Assembly: GCA_017536505.1 (NCBI GenBank)
Contig: JAFXHG010000027.1
Location: forward strand, 89,286 to 153,285
Direction of reading: 5' to 3'
From: Bacilli bacterium
GTDB taxonomy: Bacteria; Bacillota_I; Bacilli_A; RF39; UBA660
Length of the DNA: 64,000 nt
Every line of letters starts with the position of its first letter. Positions within the stretch are counted from its first letter, which is position 1. Shown piece by piece: positions 59,171 through 64,000 of the stretch. The notes under the pieces were generated by a model, which was not told the origin of the DNA, ran no database searches, and worked only from the letters and a program-made list of their open reading frames with translations. The position numbers and the translations under genes are program-made.

Positions 59171-59827
59171 ATGGATGAAATAACTAATTTAATAATAAAT
59201 AATGAAAGACTAATATATAGTATTGCTAATTATTTTAAAAATTATCAATCAAAAGAAGATTTATATCAAGCGGGATGCTTAGGGCTTGTTACTGCATATA
59301 AAAAGTATGATCCTAGTATAAACTGTAAATTTACAACATATGCATATCCATATATATTAGGTGAAATGAGAAAATTAGTTAGAGAAGATAAAGGATTAAA
59401 AATAAGTAGAGAAATAACTAAACTAAACTTAAAAATAGAAAAAGCTTATGTATTACTATCTCAAAAATTAATGAAGGAGCCAAGTGTAGAAGAAATTGCT
59501 CATTTTCTAGAAATACCTGAATTTTATGTATCAGAAGCAATACTTAGTTTAAATAAAATAAAAAGTATTGATGAACCAGTAAGTAATGAAGGTAGAGAAT
59601 TTACTTTACAAGATGTAATAGGTAAAAGTGAAAATATAGATGAACTTATTATGTTAAAAGAATTATTGCAAGGATTAAATAATGAGGAAAAAGAAATAAT
59701 TAAGAATAGATACATTAAAGATTATACTCAAAGTGAAACTTCTAAGATAATAGGAATAAGTCAAGTACAAGTATCTAGAAAAGAACAAAAAGTATTACAA
59801 AAACTTAAACAAAAAATGATAGTATAA
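59171..59827 (+). CDS. sigF: Sporulation sigma factor F-like
   Basis: DLYQAGCLGL, FTTYAYPYILGE, DKGLKISR (SigF-type), TQSE, ISQVQVSR. Confidence 0.8.
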   Translation: MDEITNLIINNERLIYSIANYFKNYQSKEDLYQAGCLGLVTAYKKYDPSINCKFTTYAYPYILGEMRKLVREDKGLKISREITKLNLKIEKAYVLLSQKLMKEPSVEEIAHFLEIPEFYVSEAILSLNKIKSIDEPVSNEGREFTLQDVIGKSENIDELIMLKELLQGLNNEEKEIIKNRYIKDYTQSETSKIIGISQVQVSRKEQKVLQKLKQKMIV

Positions 59828-59915
59828 TATTTTTTGTAAAATAATAATATTGTAAAAAATGTTAAATTAATATTGAAATGGAAAATGATTTATGCTATAA
59901 TCTATATATGGCGAT

Positions 59916-60006
59916 GGAGTAGTACTCAAGAGGCTGAAGAGGCGCCCCTGCTAAGGGTGTAGACCGGGCAACTGGTGCGAGGGTTCAAATCCCTCCTGCT
60001 CCGCCA
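59916..60006 (+). tRNA. tRNA-Ser(GCT)
   Basis: GGAGTAG/CTGCTCC acceptor stem, CGCCC-CTGCTAA-GGGTG anticodon arm, long variable arm, GGTTCAAATCC, encoded CCA. Confidence 0.97.
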
Positions 60007-60018
60007 GATGGATTTAAG

Positions 60019-60038
60019 AACCCTTTTAAGGGTTTTTT
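60019..60038 (+). terminator. Terminator after tRNA-Ser
   Basis: AACCCTT-TT-AAGGGTT followed by T tract. Confidence 0.75.
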
Positions 60039-60077
60039 ATTTATATAAATTATGATATAATTTAAGTAGGTGATGAT

Positions 60078-60773
60078 ATGAAAAACAAATTATATATTTT
60101 TTTATCAATTATTTGTTATGTAGTATCATTTTTTATTTTACTATTTTGCATAAAAATAAGATTAACTCCTAATATTAATTTAAATACAAGTAGTAGATTA
60201 ACATTACTTTTAATTGTATGTGTATTAATATATTTAGGTGGATTGATATTAATAAAAAAATTAGATTATAATAAAAAAATATTAAAAGTAAATTTAATAA
60301 TATATTTTTTGATATATACAGTAACAATATTTTCATTGACTCTTTTTGATGAGATATATGGAAGACAAGGTCTTATAATAATTGATTGGGATAAAGATTT
60401 ACTTAATCAATATTTAGAATCATCCTTTAATATAATTCCATTTAATACAATAAAATTATTCACGCAAGGTTATATGAATGGTATTGTAAATTATAAGAAT
60501 TTTAGTGTAAATATAATTGGTAATTTATTGGCTTTTATGCCATATGGGATTTTTTTGCCTCTTATATTTAAAAGTACAAATAAATATTATAGATTTTTAA
60601 TAACAATGATATTAATAGTTGTTATAATAGAACTATTACAGTTTGTAACTATGTCAGGTTCTTGTGATATTGATGATTTAATATTAAATGTTTTAGGAGC
60701 AACTATAATTTATTGGGTAAGCAGAATTAAGTTAATTAATTTATTAATTAAAAAAGTATTTTTATTTGAGTAG
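60078..60773 (+). CDS. VanZ-family membrane protein
   Basis: NIIPFNTI, GNLLAFMPYG, IELLQ, DIDDLILN. Confidence 0.92.
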   Translation: MKNKLYIFLSIICYVVSFFILLFCIKIRLTPNINLNTSSRLTLLLIVCVLIYLGGLILIKKLDYNKKILKVNLIIYFLIYTVTIFSLTLFDEIYGRQGLIIIDWDKDLLNQYLESSFNIIPFNTIKLFTQGYMNGIVNYKNFSVNIIGNLLAFMPYGIFLPLIFKSTNKYYRFLITMILIVVIIELLQFVTMSGSCDIDDLILNVLGATIIYWVSRIKLINLLIKKVFLFE

Positions 60774-60779
60774 GTGTTT

Positions 60780-61385
60780 ATGAAAAAGTATTTAAAATGG
60801 ATAATATGTTTTATATCAATATTAATTTTTATAATTTTAGGTACATTGGTACTAACAAAAAAAGATATATATTTAGATTCAATAATTTATAATTTTATAT
60901 CTAAATATATATCAAATGATTTAACATTTGTAATCAAAAATTTAACTCATTTAGCTAGTGCATTGATAGTTATTTTGATTACTATATTAGTTTTAGTTTT
61001 TCATAAAAATAAAAAATATGGTTTATTTATGGCTTTAGATTTAATAATAATAACTATACTTCAATATATATTAAAATTTACATTTATGAGAGTTAGACCA
61101 TTAAATATAAACTTAATAGAAGAAACTGGATATAGTTTTCCTTCTGGACATTCTTTAACTGCAATGGCTTTTTATGGATTAATTATTTATTATATTTACA
61201 CATCAAAATTATCTAAGAAAAGTAAATCAATATATATTACATTATTCTCTATTATAATATTAATCGTAGGTCTTAGTAGAATATACTTAGGTGTACATTT
61301 CTTTACTGATGTATTAGGCGCGTTTAGTTTTTCATTAGCTTTCTTAATAATATATACAAATATAATAAAAGGAAGGATAAGATAG
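60780..61385 (+). CDS. PAP2-family phosphatase
   Basis: K.TFMRVRP, SFPSGH, SRIYLGVHFFTDV. Confidence 0.93.
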   Translation: MKKYLKWIICFISILIFIILGTLVLTKKDIYLDSIIYNFISKYISNDLTFVIKNLTHLASALIVILITILVLVFHKNKKYGLFMALDLIIITILQYILKFTFMRVRPLNINLIEETGYSFPSGHSLTAMAFYGLIIYYIYTSKLSKKSKSIYITLFSIIILIVGLSRIYLGVHFFTDVLGAFSFSLAFLIIYTNIIKGRIR

Positions 61386-61386
61386 A

Positions 61387-61935
61387 ATGAAATGTAGTAG
61401 GTGTAATGGAAAAATAGTAGATTGTTGTTGCGTAAAATGTGGATATTTAGAAAATGGAAATAAAATTGAGAATAAAGAAATAGATAAAAATGAAGATTTA
61501 AAATTATTTAATAAAGATTTTGATATTATAAATAGAAATAAAAATTTATTATTAATATTTATATTAGGACCATTATATTTTTCTTATAGGGGCTATTTCT
61601 TTTTAGGAACTATATTAGGATTGATTGATTTATTTGCATTTTATTATTCTATGAATTTACTTTCTATAGCTATATTTATATTTGGAAGTACTTATGTTTC
61701 TTTATTTTATTTACTTATAAACCGATTAATATATATTATATTTGCTAATTACATTTGTGTTTTAATAGATAAATTAAAAGTAAAAAGAATTAAGAAAAAA
61801 TATAAAGAAGATTATAAAAATAAATTAAAAGAATATAAACATAATAAGTATTACCTGTTAATAACACTTATTATATATTTAATATTATTTATTATGTTTA
61901 TTATTAGTAAAGGTATAAAAAATGGATTATTTTAA
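61387..61935 (+). CDS. Hypothetical membrane protein with N-terminal zinc ribbon
   Basis: CSRC...CVKC; GPLYFSYRG; 3-4 TM helices. Confidence 0.65.
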   Translation: MKCSRCNGKIVDCCCVKCGYLENGNKIENKEIDKNEDLKLFNKDFDIINRNKNLLLIFILGPLYFSYRGYFFLGTILGLIDLFAFYYSMNLLSIAIFIFGSTYVSLFYLLINRLIYIIFANYICVLIDKLKVKRIKKKYKEDYKNKLKEYKHNKYYLLITLIIYLILFIMFIISKGIKNGLF

Positions 61936-62007
61936 GTAATCTTTTTTTTATAATTTGACATTATATTTAAAAAACAATATAATATAGATTATCAGAGGAG
62001 AATCAAC

Positions 62008-62991
62008 ATGGAAGTAATAAAAAACTTTAAAATAAATTTAGATCAAAAAATATTACAATCTGGAAATATAGTAATAGTACCTCATAATGGAATAGATTTT
62101 GATGCGATAGGGTCTGCTATAGGAATTTCTTTAGTAGTAAAAAAATTAAAAAAAGCACCTTTTATATTAATAGATGATCCTGTTTATAAAATAGACCATG
62201 GAGTACAATTAATAATAGATGAAATAAAAAATAATTTTCCAATTATAACTAAAGAAAAATATTCTCAGATAGCTACACCACAGGATTTATTTGTTTTAAC
62301 CGATGTAAATAAATCACATATGATATGTTTAAAAGATGAAGTTAAAAATAAAGATAATGTAGTTATAATAGATCATCATGATGAAGATGAATCTACTTTA
62401 GGATCTAATTGTAAATATATAAATTCTGATATTTCAAGTGCTTCAGAAATAGTAACTAAATTATTAAATTTATATAAAATAAAACCAAGTAGCGATGTTG
62501 CTAATTATTTGTTAGCGGGAATATATTTAGATACTAATAAGCTTACAAAAAATATATCATCTGAAACCATGAAAACAGTAGCAACTCTTTTAGATTGTGG
62601 AGCAAACATGAACGTTGTTACAGACTTATTCGCTGAAGATTTTAATAGTGATAGAAGAGTACAAGAATTAGTTAGTAAAGCAAAAATAATAACTTATAGT
62701 ATCGCACTTATTTTAGCTGATGAAGGAGTAGAATATACTAAAGAAGAATTAGCTAAAGCAGCAGATTATTTATTAAAATATAAAGTTGATGCAGCCTTTT
62801 CAATAGGTAATATTGGAGACAATACAATATCTATAAGTGCTAGATCAAAAGATAAAATAAATGTAGGATCTATTATGCAAGCGTTAAATGGTGGAGGAAA
62901 TCAACATTCAGCAGCTACCAAGTTAGAAAATACAACAGTAGAAGAAGCTAATAAAAAGTTACTTAAGATAATTAAACCAATTATTTTATAA
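62008..62991 (+). CDS. DHH/DHHA1 phosphoesterase, GdpP C-terminal-like
   Basis: H..IDFDAIGS, TD, IDHH, SSASEIV, GIYLDT, ISARS, GGGNQHSAA. Confidence 0.85.
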   Translation: MEVIKNFKINLDQKILQSGNIVIVPHNGIDFDAIGSAIGISLVVKKLKKAPFILIDDPVYKIDHGVQLIIDEIKNNFPIITKEKYSQIATPQDLFVLTDVNKSHMICLKDEVKNKDNVVIIDHHDEDESTLGSNCKYINSDISSASEIVTKLLNLYKIKPSSDVANYLLAGIYLDTNKLTKNISSETMKTVATLLDCGANMNVVTDLFAEDFNSDRRVQELVSKAKIITYSIALILADEGVEYTKEELAKAADYLLKYKVDAAFSIGNIGDNTISISARSKDKINVGSIMQALNGGGNQHSAATKLENTTVEEANKKLLKIIKPIIL

Positions 62992-63004
62992 ATAAAAAAA
63001 GAAT

Positions 63005-63679
63005 TTAATTCTTTTTTATTTTGACTAAAATTGGATTGTGATCACTAATGTCATTTAATTCTTTTGGTACTAAAATATCTAAAATTTCATAATTATTAGA
63101 AACAAAAATAAAGTCAATTATTTTATTTTTATGGGTAATTTCTTCATTATTTACTAAATTTATATTTAATTTTTTTAAATTATTAATAAAGTTTAAAAAA
63201 TCTTTTTGATTATAATCTGTGTTAAAGTCGCCAACTAAAATTATATCTTTATTATTTTTTGAACATATATATTTATATAAATTATTTAATTCCTTTTTTC
63301 TAAAATAATTACTCCAAAATTCTAAATGAACGTTAATAAATATGAAGTTATCTGTTTCTACTGTTGTCATTATTCTAGGAAAGAATAAAAATTTCGATAA
63401 ATAAACTGTAGAAGTGTTTTTTATAGGTTCTTTACTTATTATTTTAACACTTTCGTTTATGTTTTTTAATAATCTTAAATTTTTAAATCTATAGTTTCCA
63501 TAAACATTATAATTTCCTTTTATTAGATTATCCTCATACTCTTTTCTGACTTCTTGTAAACCAAGAAAATCAATATTGTATTTATTTATAAAATCAACAA
63601 TTTTCTCTGTTTTATTATTAACATCTTCTTTTATATTGTTTTGTATATTAAATGTTCCAATAATAATTTCTTTTTTCAT
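63005..63679 (-). CDS. Endonuclease/exonuclease/phosphatase family protein
   Basis: TFNIQ, LQEV, NVHL, GDFN, IDFIF, SDH; start chosen at MKKEII after the GGTGA SD. Confidence 0.88.
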   Translation of the reverse strand: MKKEIIIGTFNIQNNIKEDVNNKTEKIVDFINKYNIDFLGLQEVRKEYEDNLIKGNYNVYGNYRFKNLRLLKNINESVKIISKEPIKNTSTVYLSKFLFFPRIMTTVETDNFIFINVHLEFWSNYFRKKELNNLYKYICSKNNKDIILVGDFNTDYNQKDFLNFINNLKKLNINLVNNEEITHKNKIIDFIFVSNNYEILDILVPKELNDISDHNPILVKIKKN

Positions 63680-63799
63680 ACTATCACCATATTCATTATA
63701 CATTATATGATTAATTTTTTTAATATTTTAAATAAAATATTGATTTTTTTATAAATATATTGTATTATTGTATTAGATGAGTAACACAGTGAGGTAGAT

Positions 63800-64000
63800 A
63801 TGAATTTTAATAATGATAGACCAATATATATACAGCTTTTAGAACAGTTACAAGTTTTAATAGTATCTGGAAAAATTAATAGTGGAGAGAGAATATCTTC
63901 TGTTAGAGATTTAGCTTTAGAATACAAAGTTAATCCTAATACAGTTCAAAAAGCTTTACAAGAATTAGAAAATTTAGGATTAATTTATACTGAAAGAACT
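63800..64000 (+). CDS. GntR-family (YtrA-like) regulator, runs off the window end
   Basis: MNFNNDRPIYIQL...SVRDLA...VNPNTVQKALQELE; GAGG SD; not in ORF track. Confidence 0.92.
   Translation, partial: MNFNNDRPIYIQLLEQLQVLIVSGKINSGERISSVRDLALEYKVNPNTVQKALQELENLGLIYTERT

Noticed and set aside
110-59715. Short antisense ORFs nested in known genes (e.g. 110-358, 11505-11687, 15998-16240, 18624-19653, 21226-21453, 25612-25911, 29089-29859, 34144-34347, 43170-43618, 54310-55343, 59524-59715)
   Set aside because: They lie opposite well-supported genes, lack SDs, and have the Phe/Ile/Leu/Ser bias expected of reverse-complement AT-rich coding DNA
59916-63000. tRNA-Ser as an integration site for a mobile element
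   Set aside because: No integrase, no repeat of the tRNA 3' end within the window, and no compositional shift visible
63703-63927. 74-aa minus-strand ORF
   Set aside because: It is antisense to the genuine GntR gene starting at 63800
1-64000. CRISPR arrays, IS elements, prophage, TGA-to-Trp recoding
   Set aside because: No repeat-spacer pattern, transposase or phage structural genes seen; TGA ends genes normally (e.g. nrdG) and Trp is encoded by TGG

Overview
Chromosomal window from a very AT-rich, reduced-genome Firmicute; gene content and style suggest an uncultured Bacilli lineage such as RF39/UBA660 (inference). It uses the standard genetic code and shows no CRISPR array, IS element or prophage. 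It holds about 65 CDS, a tRNA-Ser(GCT), a Val T-box and a probable L19 leader. Recognisable blocks are a class III ribonucleotide reductase locus, an eight-gene NAD salvage operon with NrtR, peptidoglycan genes (two murE, mraY, a membrane-anchored MurF-like ligase, ddl), translation genes (rplS, rbgA, mrnC, rlmB, fmt, valS) and sporulation genes (sigH, spoIIAA, sigF, a ylxY/swsB-like gene, small YjcZ- and CotT-like proteins). The most unusual items are: (1) NrdD is split, with its glycyl-radical loop on a separate 56-aa gene missing from the ORF track; (2) a spoIIAA-sigF operon lacks spoIIAB, and its SpoIIAA has lost the phospho-acceptor serine; (3) paired Lys-type and DAP-type MurE paralogs; (4) a hydrolase / membrane Mur ligase / Ddl operon; (5) a candidate Spo0A-controlled sRNA and a type I toxin-like locus interrupted by a stop codon. 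All family assignments come from motif recognition; no database search was run.
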